From the NCBI GenBank assembly GCA_964016885.1, contig OZ024751.1, positions 6,324,001 to 6,388,000 of the forward strand: 64,000 bases of DNA, in the 5' to 3' direction. Positions 44,256 to 61,276 of this stretch are shown here, one piece after another (within the stretch, counting starts at the first letter, position 1; each line of letters begins with the position of its first letter). Origin of the DNA: Eledone cirrhosa (lineage: Eukaryota). A program made the position numbers and the translations under genes. The notes under the pieces were generated by a model, which searched no databases, was not told the DNA's origin, and was given only the letters and a program-made list of their open reading frames with translations.

Positions 44256-44294
44256 TGAACCTGATGATTGCGAAAGCATGAAAGTACTTGTTCA
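44256..44294 (+). ncRNA. Minimal type I hammerhead, intact core
   Basis: tgaac-CTGATGA-ttgcgaaagcat-GAAA-gtac-TT-gttca; palindromic stem III. Confidence 0.85.
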
Positions 44295-44454
44295 ATTAAC
44301 ACTTAGAATTTAATATTCTATCATACTATTTCATTATAATACCATTATAAATTTTAAAGGATTGTAAATAAAACGAGTAAATCAGACAAAGTTGGAATTC
44401 CTCTTAATAATATAATCTTCTATACACAATCATACACACCCGTGTATGATTGTG

Positions 44455-48785
<4,331 letters not shown>

Positions 48786-49160
48786 TTATTTCGCTGGAAT
48801 ACTGCCGAGCATGTACGGCTTAATTCGGGCTGCTTGTTTACAAACAAACCAAACATTATAATAAATGTTCGGTAAACCCATACGTACATATATATATATG
48901 TGTGCATGTATGTATATATATATAAATAGTACTGTACGTCTGTATACATATATGTATGTACGTATACATACTTACATTTAAGTACCAGCCGTACTAAGAG
49001 TGAGAAATGAAATTTCCTTTCATTTTTTTCCATATATATATATATATATATATATATGGGGGGAGCGGGAGGGGTGTGTGTGTGCGTGCGCGCGTGTGTG
49101 TATATTTATATATAAGTATGTATATATATAATTATATATGTATATATGTATATATGTAAG

Positions 49161-49238
<78 letters not shown>

Positions 49239-49241
<3 letters not shown>

Positions 49242-49280
49242 TCCTGATGAATTCTAACAAGAATGAAACGCGTAGATTAC
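49239..49280 (+). ncRNA. Type I hammerhead ribozyme, copy 1 (5' stem I extension truncated)
   Basis: tagtc-CTGATGA-attct(aaca)agaat-GAAA-cgcg-TA-gatta; predicted cut after 49274. Confidence 0.85.
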
Positions 49281-49523
49281 TTCCCTTGCTTTTATCGAGA
49301 ATCTAATTGTAATACGTGACGTATTCTATTCTATAGCGATTAGGTCTTCAAAATGTTTATTATAAACATACAGAATATTTTCGAATATTCTATGTCTATA
49401 TTCACATATATATCGCTATTTCAGAGCATTTATTCCAATTTCTAATTTCTGCCGGACCGGCAACCGCTCTTTCAAACCAGTTCCTGTACACAGCTAAGTA
49501 TTCTATAAGTCTCTAGCTGTGTC

Positions 49524-49612
49524 ATTCTCGATAAAAGCACTGGATATGTAGTCCTGATGAATTCTAACAAGAATGAAACGCGTAGATTACTTCCCTTGCT
49601 TTTATCGAGAAT
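49524..49612 (+). ncRNA. Type I hammerhead ribozyme, copy 2, with extended stem I
   Basis: 16-bp distal helix attctcgataaaagca/tgcttttatcgagaat, internal loop ctggatat/ttccct, proximal stem gtagtc/gattac; predicted cut after 49584. Confidence 0.92.
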
Positions 49613-49833
49613 CTAATTGTAATACGTGACGTATTCTATTCTATAGCGATTAGGTCTTCAAAATGTTTATTATAAACATACAGAATATTTTCGAATATTC
49701 TATGTCTATATTCACATATATATCGCTATTTCAGAGCATTTATTCCAATTTCTAATTTCTGCCGGACCGGCAACCGCTCTTTCAAACCAGTTCCTGTACA
49801 CAGCTAAGTATTCTATAAGTCTCTAGCTGTGTC

Positions 49834-49922
49834 ATTCTCGATAAAAGCACTGGATATGTAGTCCTGATGAATTCTAACAAGAATGAAACGCGTAGATTAC
49901 TTCCCTTGCTTTTATCGAGAAT
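49834..49922 (+). ncRNA. Type I hammerhead ribozyme, copy 3, with extended stem I
   Basis: Identical to copy 2, offset +310; predicted cut after 49894. Confidence 0.92.
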
Positions 49923-50074
49923 CTAATTGTAATACGTGACGTATTCTATTCTATAGCGATTAGGTCTTCAAAATGTTTATTATAAACATACAGAATATTT
50001 TCGAATATTCTATGTCTATATTCACATATATATCGCTATTTCAGAGCATTTATTCCAATATATATATATATATA

Positions 50075-52375
50075 TAACGAAGGAAATGCGGTAAGGTACC
50101 AGGTGGACCATAACGCATCAGATCACTCAATACTTAGAGTAGTAGAGTGGGTAATAGGTAAAGGTATGAACCCGATGGCAGAGCTCAAGCCGTTTCGACG
50201 GCTATTTCTGGACTAAATTAGAATTTTTAGCCTGGTAAATAAATAGCCGAACTTGTCAAGGGGTACTTCCTTATATGGCAATATTGTAGTTGACAAGAGA
50301 ATTTGTCAAAATTTGTTGTAAACACAAATAAGTCTGTCATGGCAATTGGTGTGAGGTAGGGTTGGCTGAACTAGCCTGTAGAGCAATGAGGGAGCTAGTC
50401 AAGCGTTGAAAGTGAAATCTATACAACAGATTCTAAGGATAGTGTATGAAAAGTCGAAAAATTGTTCTGGAGAAAATGGAGGAGGGAAGGAATAGAATAG
50501 GTAAGTCAAATGAGAGTAGGAGACAATAAAAAATAATAGAAAGAAATATAAAGAAAATATATAAAATTAGATAGTGAGAAATGAATAAAAAAAAACAAAA
50601 ACAGTAGAGTCTATAGACAGCTGTTATAATAAGTAGGTGTTGCTTGTACGGCCAAAGCTAGAGAAAAGGTTAATAAGTTGAGAATGGAAAATACTAAATA
50701 AGAAATTGTAGAAGTGGGTAGTGGAGAAATATAATGGAAACTTTTCAGGAGTCTAACACAGCTGATATAAATAGTTAGTAAAGGGTATCCCACCAATAAT
50801 ATCTTACAATTACAGGTTAATAAGTTGAGAATAGAAAATACTAAATAAGAAATATTGAAATTGTAGAATTGGAGTAGTAACAAAGAAAAATGATACAAAA
50901 TTACAGGGGTCTAACACATCTGATATAAATAGTTAGTAAAGCGTTTTCGGCCAATTCTATCTTAAAATTACAGTGGTGGGGCACTGAGGCTACAGAGCCC
51001 CGACGGGCTGCATCGGGGTATGCGGAAGGGGAAAAACAGACGAGGAAGAAGATCGATAGTGGAAGGAAGTGATAGGATGAGACAGGGGGAAGAAGACAAC
51101 ATAGAGGAAAAGAAAAGAGGTACATCTACCTATGTAAGCTGGGGTTTCCCCTAACTTATTCGGCAAGTGTGTGTTTGTGGGGGGGGGGAGTATCAGCCCT
51201 TGACTACCCACGCAGGACGTTATGTGGTTTGAGGGCGAGGTTAGTCCTACGCAATCTGTGTTTGCATGTGGTTACCAGTTCGTCTTTCTTGTTTAGGAGT
51301 TGGTCCTTCGAAAACAGCATTTGTAATGTTTCCTCCGAGCATAAGTTACACGGACGGCGTCCTCCCGTGTAAGAGTTAGCTCTGGACAGTAAGCTCCAAG
51401 TGAGATTGTATGTTATATTATCATCTTGACGGTCCCAGATGTGGCCCGAAAGTGTATTGGCATGTCGCCGGACCGGGTTTCGGAAAGTATGTCGGTTGGT
51501 AGAGCCGGGTCTTAAAGTAACAAGCGGTTAATCCTTAATAAGCTTTGTTGGAGGTGTCCGTCCTCACGTTGCACTGGTAGATCACATTACGTTCTCGGCA
51601 TCTGTTGTTGATCTATCAGGGTAGTTAACCCTCCTGGTCGGCTCTCCACTGATGTCTAGGTTATTTCTTCCATAGCAGTTGAGTTTTTTTATTGTTTGAG
51701 GAGACGACGTTTTGTGCGAAGTTAGGTGTGGTGTTGTAGGAGAGTTTGATGGTGTTTTTGTTGATTATGTTGTGGTAGCGGTGTTGTAGTGGGAGGTGTT
51801 TTCCGAGGAGCCTAAAGAAGATTTTCCCGATAGGTGTTGCCACCTCGGCATTGTGGGTAGGATTGAACCACGTTATGTTGCATGAGCGGTGGTGTCGCCT
51901 GCTGGTTCCGCTAGGGGAATCTGGATAAAATGATATTTCCTCCCGGAAGCCACTCCGCTTGAAAGCCTGGTTATAATGAGTCGCATGTTCGTCGAATATC
52001 TGCTCATTAACGGACAAACGAGATATGCGGAGGGAGATGTTTTTAACCAGGTTTTTGGTGATGTTTCTAGGATGGTTAGAGCGGCGGTGGATGTAGTGCA
52101 GGTTGTCGTTTGGTTTCTTGTATGGGTAGTACAGATCACTTTCGAGGTTACAGGTAACGTCCAGGAAATTGACTCGGGTTAGGGACGTGTGTAGGGTGAT
52201 TTTAAATCCCCAGTCCTGGAAGAAGTTGATAAGTTATTTACGGACCCGGTCTGTACTATAAGGAAGTATTACTAACAAGTTCGGCTATTTATTTACCAGG
52301 CTAAAAATTCTAATTTAGTCCAGAAATAGCCGTCGAAACGGCTTGTGCTCTGCCGTCGGGGTTATACTTTTTCAT
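50075..52375 (-). mobile_element. 5'-truncated Naiad-like Penelope element with inverted terminal copy
   Basis: YNQAFKRSGF, NITWFNP, HRYHNIINKNTIKLSY; upstream NFLDVT and PYKKPN; downstream CNLCSEE, NKKDELVTTCKH; 52275-52372 is the reverse complement of 50158-50257. Confidence 0.85.
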
Positions 52376-52378
52376 ATA

Positions 52379-52421
<43 letters not shown>

Positions 52422-53060
52422 CTATATATCTATATATATATGTATATATGTATGTACATATATATCTTATATCAGGTCGATCTCGAGTGCTACTGGTAAC
52501 ATGTAACCCAGTACAACCTGTCTAGTGGCTGTGTCATCGACATCTAAACCGCCAACCACACCAAGCATGCTTAGAGTCTCATATTTGGACACCCTGCCGG
52601 ATGAAATACAAGTCTAAGCAAAGGGCAGAGAAACAGCAAATTTAATGGCCAACCAAATAGTTCTTCCTCTTTCACCTGGGAGTGAAAGGCTCCCAGTTGT
52701 TCTCAAAAGCTTTCTAGGAGAGGAAAACTCTGAAAATTAAACTTGTAGCTTCAGAAGCATCCGAAGATGTTGAACAATTCTCCCTTTCGGATAGTGTTTT
52801 TGATGATCAGAAAGTAGGATTGGTCGAGTACAGGGCTTTTCACCACTTAAAAAAAAACATTCAAAGCGCAGGCATTGTTTGTTCATTATAATTGAACAGT
52901 AGTAGACGTAACGTATCATAAGAAACAGAGAGGTGTTTATAGAGAGTAGGAAATAATAATATGCTGTAATACACTGGGGATTTTCCCATTAATCATTGAC
53001 CCTTATTTTCCTCTCTGCCCACTCTCCCACACTCTATAAACACCCCTCACTTTTTTCTCT

Positions 53061-53137
<77 letters not shown>

Positions 53138-53438
53138 TCTCTCTCTCTCTCTCTCATACAAATTTCCTATGTTATGTGAGACATATGTGATTTTTTTTTT
53201 TATGTTCTAAAATATGTGCATTGGAGGGGAACTTCCCAGCTGTCAATGCCATGGTCATTCTTTATACTTATATACATGGTCAATTGATGACGTTTTGTTT
53301 TAAATTTAAAAATGCGCAAACCAAAATACTTAAGCAACAAACGCTAATGAATTATTACTCAATCTAATACACACCCACACACCCACACGCACGCACCCAC
53401 ACACACCCACACACACCCACAGCCACCCACATCCACAC

Positions 53439-53498
<60 letters not shown>

Positions 53499-54066
53499 TA
53501 TATATGTATGTATATATGACAAACGACCAAGGTTAACAACTTAAATCAATTTATTCATTTCTACGTCCGTTTCAATACGGTGACATTAGTACATGCATAT
53601 GTAATCGATTGGAAATAATCAATTTAGCACCATACATAAATGATTCTCTTCGCGGAGCCATGAGAAGTAAAACGGTCTAACACAGACACACACACGTGTG
53701 TGCGTATGTGTGTATGTGTGTGCGTTTATATATATACTAGCTCAGGTACCCTGCTTCGCCAAGGTTAACAAATGATGAGAGAAGACCGGCAGAAGAGTAA
53801 ACGTCTGTATTAAATGCATTGTCTTGTTTACAGTGTGTGTGTATTGTGTGTGTGTGTGTGTGTATGTTTGTGTGTGTTTGTGTATATATATATGTGTGTG
53901 TATGTGAGTGTCCGTGTGGGTGTGTGTGTGCATATATATATATATGTTATATATACCTTAACGGTTATATCTTAACGGTTCAAGTTATCCATGGACTTTC
54001 CAGACATAACTTGAACGTTTACGGTATATCATCCTTGGTCATGTCAAATATTTATAAAACATATTG

Positions 54067-54130
54067 TATTTTATCTGATGATAGCGTACCAAAGTTTTTG
54101 GTACCCTTGAAATATATATATAATAGAATA
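54067..54130 (+). ncRNA. Type I hammerhead ribozyme in solo pLTR remnant
   Basis: tattttat-CTGATGA-tagcgtaccaaa..tttggtaccctt-GAAA-tatatata-TA-atagaata. Confidence 0.72.
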
Positions 54131-54173
54131 AATATGGTTTTATAAATATAGTTTCCATTTATTTAATATCAAT

Positions 54174-54257
<84 letters not shown>

Positions 54258-54642
54258 TAAGATATTCCGGGTTGAATCGGAGATAACCACAGTAAGTAAG
54301 ACACTCAATACATAGCAGAGTATAAACGTTTTAATATAGATGAGATTCTACGGGACTAGAACTGTTTAATTCTTTAGAAATCATCAGGAATATATATATA
54401 TATGAGATGAGAACGCAACTATCTGATGAGAACGCAACTATCGTCCCAAGATGATATTTGCTTTTTAAATGCGCATAATAAAATATATGGAACATTTTAA
54501 ACCATCATTTAATTTCTTCTTATGTATATATATATATATATATAAATGAAAATATAGAAAATATTGTAGCGAAAAGCCAATATGTATATATATATATGTA
54601 TGTATATATGTATGTATGAATATATGTATATATGTATATATG

Positions 54643-54727
<85 letters not shown>

Positions 54728-54889
54728 GTATACATATATATATATGTATATATATGTATACATATATATATGTATGTATGTATATATATATATATATGTG
54801 TCAAAATTGCTGGCCTTGTGTATATGTGCGTATATATTACATATATATATGTATATATATATGTGTGTGTATATGTATATGTATATATA

Positions 54890-55297
54890 GACCTGCAGAT
54901 CCGCCTCTTCATTGCTCTAGTGGAGTCTGTGTTGCTATAAGGGTCTGAGATTTGGACACTGACCAAGAAACTCACTCAGATGGTGGATGGGTGCTACACG
55001 GGAATGCTGAGGATGGCTCTGAACATTAATCAGTATACACTGAGGTTGAACAACTCAGAGCTGTATGGGAGCATCTCAAAAGTCAGCTCAAAAGTGACAC
55101 CCAGAGTTGACATTGCACTCAGTGCTCCTGTGGGAGCCCCTACATGGACACACTGGAAGAGGAAGACCAAGGTTAACGTATGTTGATGCCCTAAGGACAG
55201 ACACTGGTCTGTTGGAGACGCAGCACATGGCAGCTATAATGAGGGACAGGGACTGCTGGAGAGAACTCGTCCATGGCTCTCGGGAATTTTACCCGGT
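54890..55297 (+). mobile_element. RTE-clade LINE 3' fragment
   Basis: [45 protein letters not shown]. Confidence 0.8.
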
Positions 55298-55444
55298 ATG
55301 TATATATATATGTATATATATATATTTATATATGTATGTGTATGTGTGTGTATGTATATATGTATATATATGTATATATATATATGTGTATATGTATATA
55401 TATATATGTATATTTATATATATGTATATATCTATATATGTGTG

Positions 55445-55480
<36 letters not shown>

Positions 55481-55481
55481 T

Positions 55482-55513
<32 letters not shown>

Positions 55514-55552
55514 GTGTGTATATATGTATATGTATATATATGTGTGTATATA

Positions 55553-55588
<36 letters not shown>

Positions 55589-55604
55589 AATGTATATGGA
55601 TATA

Positions 55605-55995
55605 TATATAAACAAAACACTATACACACACGCAAACGCATTCGCATAGAAGACAAAATAAAATAAACAAATAAATAAATATACAAACCGACTAAATAAA
55701 GATAGCGTAGAAAATACAATGTAACGGGAGGAAACAATAGCACCACTGACGTTGTTGCAGATGTGCAACGAAAGAACTTTGATAAACTATATATATGTGT
55801 TTGTGTCTATATTGTATCTGTATTGTTTATTGACCGTCGGTCAGTCAATGGCAACATTGAGGATTAAATAAATTAGATTACCGATATAAAAGACACAGAA
55901 GCGAAAAGCGAAAACCAACCAAACAGTGAGTGTGTTCTGTTATTGATTCTGGCAATATTACACAAATATGACCTTCCCCAAGTATAACAATATAT
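55605..55995 (+). mobile_element. Solo pLTR related to the Nematis-like element, with degenerate hammerhead (55742-55784)
   Basis: ca-CTGACGT-tgttgcagatgtgcaac-GAAA-gaac-TT-tg; ends atgaccttccccaagtataacaata. Confidence 0.65.
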
Positions 55996-56062
55996 ATCTG
56001 TATATCTATATATATGTATATGTATATATCTATATCTATATATCTATATATATATATATGTG

Positions 56063-56134
<72 letters not shown>

Positions 56135-56176
56135 TGTATATATATATGTATATAAATATATAAATGTATATGTATA

Positions 56177-56230
<54 letters not shown>

Positions 56231-56306
56231 TATGTGTATGTATATATATATATATATATGTATTTAGATATATGTGTATGTATATATATATGTATGTATA
56301 TATGTT

Positions 56307-56415
<109 letters not shown>

Positions 56416-56654
56416 GTATGTATGTATATATATATGTATGTATATATATATATGTATGTGTGTATGTATGTGTGTGTGTATGTATATGTATATGTATGTA
56501 AGTATATATATGTATGTATATATATATATATTTATGTATGTATATATATATGTGTGTATATATATATGTATGTATATATATATATGTATATAGGTATATG
56601 TATGTATGTATATGTATGTGTGCGTATGTGTGTATGTCTGTGTGTATGTATATC

Positions 56655-57283
56655 TGGGGATCGCTCTGCACTTGTCATCACATGGTACCATGGGCCCAGC
56701 ACCATGTGTCAGTAATTGTCACAAGTGTAGTGTTTGTACCAGAGTTTTCAATTCGCTGGCTGGACTAGAAAGTCACACTTGTTCAGCGCATCAGTAGGGG
56801 TTCTCCTACATCGATATAAAGTAGTGGCCGTACTCGAAAACGAATTAGCAGCCACCATATATATATATGTATGGGCGAAATGACCCCTTAGCCTTTGTCA
56901 AGGCAGAATTCCAGGAGAAGAAGAACTCTGAGGTAACACTTGCAACCATGATGGTATCCAATGATGTTGACTTGTTCTTCTTTTTGGTAAATATCATCTT
57001 GGTTAAGAGAGTGGGACTGGCTTTCTGCAGTGCCTTTGCTCACTATAAAAGCTTCACGGCACAGGCATTGCTTTATATCTGGAGATCTCTCTGCACTTCT
57101 CGTCACATGGTACCAAGGGCCCAGCACTATGTGTCAGTAATTGTCACAAGTGCAGTGTTTGTACCAGAGTTTTCAAGTCGCTAGCTGGACCAAAAAGTCA
57201 CACTCGTTCAGCGCATCGGTAGGGGTTCTCCTCCATGGATATAAAGTTGTAGCCGTACTCGAAAACGAGTTGGCAGCCACCAT
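56655..57283 (+). mobile_element. Two tandem RTE-like 3' ends (also a 40-bp copy at 15001-15042, minus strand)
   Basis: 56655-56860 is similar to 57078-57283; [17 protein letters not shown] zinc finger; ends gtactcgaaaacga..gcagccaccat. Confidence 0.7.
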
Positions 57284-57303
57284 ATATATACATGTATGTA
57301 TAC

Positions 57304-57423
<120 letters not shown>

Positions 57424-57481
57424 GTATGTATATATTTATATATATATATATATATATACTGTATATATATATGTATGTATA

Positions 57482-57546
<65 letters not shown>

Positions 57547-57699
57547 ACACACACACATTTATATATATATATACATGCACATACGTATATATATGGGCCT
57601 TCTAGTTTCATTTCACATTATATACATTTGAGTGTACATTTTAATTATTTAAAAATTATTTTTAAGTGGACATGATTTTAAAAAAATAAATTGAGGTGA

Positions 57700-57729
57700 A
57701 TGTGACCCAACGTGTCACGGGTGCTCTAG
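57700..57729 (+). mobile_element. Helitron-like 3' end
   Basis: acccaacgtgtcacgggt hairpin followed by CTAGt. Confidence 0.45.
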
Positions 57730-57780
57730 TAACATTTTAAAAGCAACATCGCAGACTGGAAAATTAATATATTATGTACG

Positions 57781-58610
57781 CAAATTCAAATCTGCGAATG
57801 ACTAGCAGCACGTGTTGCATTTTTTTAAAATACACACATCGTACCAGCTTCATCCCAGTGGCGTGAATAGGGTTATCAACAGCTACAAATAGCAGTCGAG
57901 TCCTTTCAACTGCGTTAGCTCTACAATTTAGACGTATATATATATCCAAATTAAATTAAGGGTGTCATGTCTGAGAGACATGCGCCATATCCACTGTAGT
58001 ATATGCTCAAAGATTCCAATGAATAGATCCGAACATTTTATATCAACTAGAAATTGATTGACATATATATATATATCTTAAATAAACATATGAAATAATC
58101 ACAGGGAATAATTTGTAAACGTGTGTAAGCACACACAGCTAGGTAGGTAACTAATTAAAGTTTAACTAGAACTTTAAAAATAGATACCTTCTAACATGAT
58201 TAATCTTCCTTGTGTATATTTCATTAAAGAAATATATTCCACCATCAATCGATCGGTAAACCCCAGTAGTCAAATCAGGGATTTTCAACGAGGGAGAAGA
58301 TTTAACTATCTGTGTTTACACAGTAAATTCAAATCTGCGAATGACTAGCAGCACGTGTTGCATTTTTTTAAAATACACACATCGTACCAGTTTCATCCCA
58401 GTGGCGTGAATAGGGTTATCGACAACTACAAATAGCAGCCGAGTTCTTTGAACTGCGTTAGCTCTACAATTAAGGGGCCGTATATATATCCAAAATTAAA
58501 TTAAGGGTGTCATGTCTGAGATACAAAACAAATTTTTCCCTGTTGCTTGTTTCATATGTTTATTTTAGATATATATATATATATATGTCAATCAATTTCT
58601 AGTTGATATA
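57781..58610. repeat. ~195-bp direct repeat plus ~60-bp inverted repeat
   Basis: 57782-57976 is similar to 58325-58520; 58040-58095 is the reverse complement of 58549-58610. Confidence 0.85.
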
Positions 58611-58844
58611 TATATATAGATATGTACATTTATATTCAAGAATCAGGGGCAGACACTAGCCATGGGGCGTTGTGTGAATATTTTGTTGATATGTGACATT
58701 TGTTATCATTGTAGATCTTAGCGAAGATCAAGAGACATGAAGTCAATTGTATTGGTTTGTCTTTTCGCCTCTCTAATGTAAGTTGAAAATAAATTTTTCT
58801 TTTAAATATATCACATTGACAAACTTTTCGATAATATTTGTTAC

Positions 58845-60710
58845 TCGTTGGTTCTTCTTATCTAGCTTACATATTCTGTTCGTATATCTATTTATATAGA
58901 AACGGTTCATCGACGCCATTGCCGTCCGAAAGCACCTACGACGTAAATAAGACGAATGATGCTACAACTATTGGTGAAACGAATGGGCAATGAAATAATG
59001 TTTAACAATTTTCATTTCAATAACACTGTAACTACTTATTTCACAAAACAACCAATTTGTAGCTGGACATGTATATATGACATGAAATTGTTTGAATATC
59101 TAATATTATTCGGGAAAGCTTATTGAATACAAAGTCGTTCGTTTCAACTACACCAAGTTGTAATACGACGAGGAAATAAAATAATTTTTTAACATATATT
59201 TAGTTGAATAACACAGTAAAAAAATTATTTCTAAAATGAAAAACAATTTGTAGCTGAACGGGTATGTTTGTTTAATTCGGTAAAGCGTATGGAATACTTA
59301 GTCGCAAATATATTTAACCCAATGTTTTCTTTCAATTTGTATATTTTATTTATCTATTTATGTCTTTCCACAATAACATAAAGCTAGTAAAGCTTACATT
59401 GAAGGCCATTGATATTATTTATATTTGAACAATGTCAAATAAAAACAAAACGTCACGAAAGGGAACAGAAAAGGAAGAAAGTAAAAGAATATGAAAAGGA
59501 AAAAAAGAAATAAGGATCAAAGGTCGAAAGGAAGGGAAAGCTGGATGGATTGTCAAGCATGTCCCACAAGAAGAAAGGCAACAGTTTTATCACGGAAAAT
59601 GGCCAGATACATCTATTGCAACTGCTATCCTAACTTACGAGTCTTACTCCCCAAGCAGGCTTCTTTCTTTCCGACTTTACGGAGGAAATCAGCAGTGCAG
59701 GTACCGGATCCAATTATTTTGGTTATTGATCGGAGAATTGGGAAGAGCGCACATACCCACATACAATGATATGTCCCATCAATAACACAGAAATAGCCAT
59801 TAGAACGGTATATAGGGTGTTATGTAAAATATGTAGCTCCTCGTATATTGGATTCAACATCCGGATGGTGCACATACTGATCAAAGAACACCCGATAACG
59901 AGAGCTTCGTCTGCCAAAAGCACCTTCACAGATGCCACAGCATAGAAGTCAGCATAGAGTTAAAGGAAAGGAATATAGGCAAATATAGAATCAAAGAGGC
60001 TATTATCACCAACCGTGAAAAACACAAAGATAAATAATAGATTGGAAATGCACGAAGCACTCTGGTTACTATGAATATTACACTCATGTGTATTTCATAT
60101 ACCTAGGGCAGTAAAGGAATACCACAACGATCATTCGTTTTGTTATGAACTGTTTGGAAAGAGGGTTATATCCCTGAAATATAATGTTGAAATATACTGG
60201 GTTAAAAAATTACGTTGTTTTCTTGTATTTGTAAACATTTTCTCTTTACATTTTCCCACCGCATTTACCGGTTGTTTTATTACATAACTCAGAGTGATTC
60301 GTCTTAACTATATTTAATCATCATTTATATGAGAGGATATATATGATGCCATTTCTACAAATTATGTCATGCATCAATCATTTCCATTGTTACTGGTTGG
60401 TTCTTTTTATCTAGCTTACATATTCTGTGTGTATATCTTTTTATATAGAAGCGTTTCATCGACGACATTGTCTCCCGAAAGCGCCTATGACCCAAAGAAC
60501 ACTAACGTTGCTACATCTATTGGTAAAATCACTAGGTAATGAAATGATTTCTAACAATATTCATTTGAATAACACTGTAACTACTTATTTAAAAAACAAC
60601 CAATTTGTAGCTGGACATGTATGTATGATTGATGGTATGACACTTTTTGAATAATCTAATATTTTTCGCGAAAGATTATGGAATACTTACGAGCAAATAT
60701 GTTTAACCCT
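58845..60710 (+). mobile_element. Old PLE fragment (GIY-YIG remnant) between direct pLTR repeats
   Basis: From 59766: MICPINNTEIAIRTVYRVLCKICSSSYIGFNIRMVHILIKEH; 58845-59120 is similar to 60395-60680. Confidence 0.7.
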
Positions 60711-61122
60711 CTTATATATGAGCGGTCATAAATGCTACCCTTTCTACAAATTCATTTCCAATAATCATTCTTTGCGAATGATCATTCATTTCCAATTATG
60801 TTGTTTTCTATTTATTGATGTCCACTACATATACGACATCTTAACATCATGTGACCATCATATGTTTAATTAATCTTACCTTATTCAGTTCAAATTTCAT
60901 AAATCAATAGAAACCTTCTCTAAACTCAATAGCCTAACTTTTACTCAATAGGAATATACGTGCAGATCCGGGCCGCAGTGGTTTTCCCTGCGATCATATT
61001 ACAAGGTATCAAGCGTGGCTCATCTTAGTTTGATGGGTATGTCTTTTTTTATTTATGAAATACGTAAATATTCCTGATGACGAAAGAAAAAACAATATAT
61101 GTGTATATGTGAGAGAGCGAGA

Positions 61123-61203
<81 letters not shown>

Positions 61204-61276
61204 GTATATATATATATATATGTATGTATATATATGTATATATATGTATATGTATGTATGCATGTATATATATAGT

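Larger units (their letters stand above)
39365..44410 (-). mobile_element. Neptune-like Penelope element, near full-length, with ~1.2-kb inverted copy of its 3' end
   Basis: LSKGLKFTPTP, IKQADKGGAVV, YGLPKVHK, RPII, FDVVSLYTNI, GTAMG, FLDI, SCHP, NCKSRNLIY..C..C..YVGQT; 43244-44410 is the reverse complement of 39365-40560. Confidence 0.93.
49239..50059 (+). mobile_element. Non-LTR retrozyme: 310-bp tandem repeat (2.65 units), one hammerhead per unit
   Basis: gtcctgatgaattctaacaagaatgaaacgcgtagattac at 49241, 49551 and 49861; units look identical; no ORF; flanked by (TA)n. Confidence 0.88.

Noticed and set aside
50180-50262. U3-A8 hammerhead with long stem II (minus strand)
   Set aside because: UUGACAA, a 9-bp stem II and GAAA are present, but stems I and III do not pair convincingly; left unannotated.
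52480-52990. Possible host exon
   Set aside because: Higher-complexity sequence, but no convincing ORF, motif or splice pattern.
54360-54485. Two more HHR-like strings (minus ~54360-54390; plus 54423-54484)
   Set aside because: Both lack G12 of GAAA and have truncated or weak stem I; decayed remnants at best.
61074-61090. CTGATGAcgaaag; also CTGATGA at ~25008
   Set aside because: No stem II/III or matching stem I could be built.
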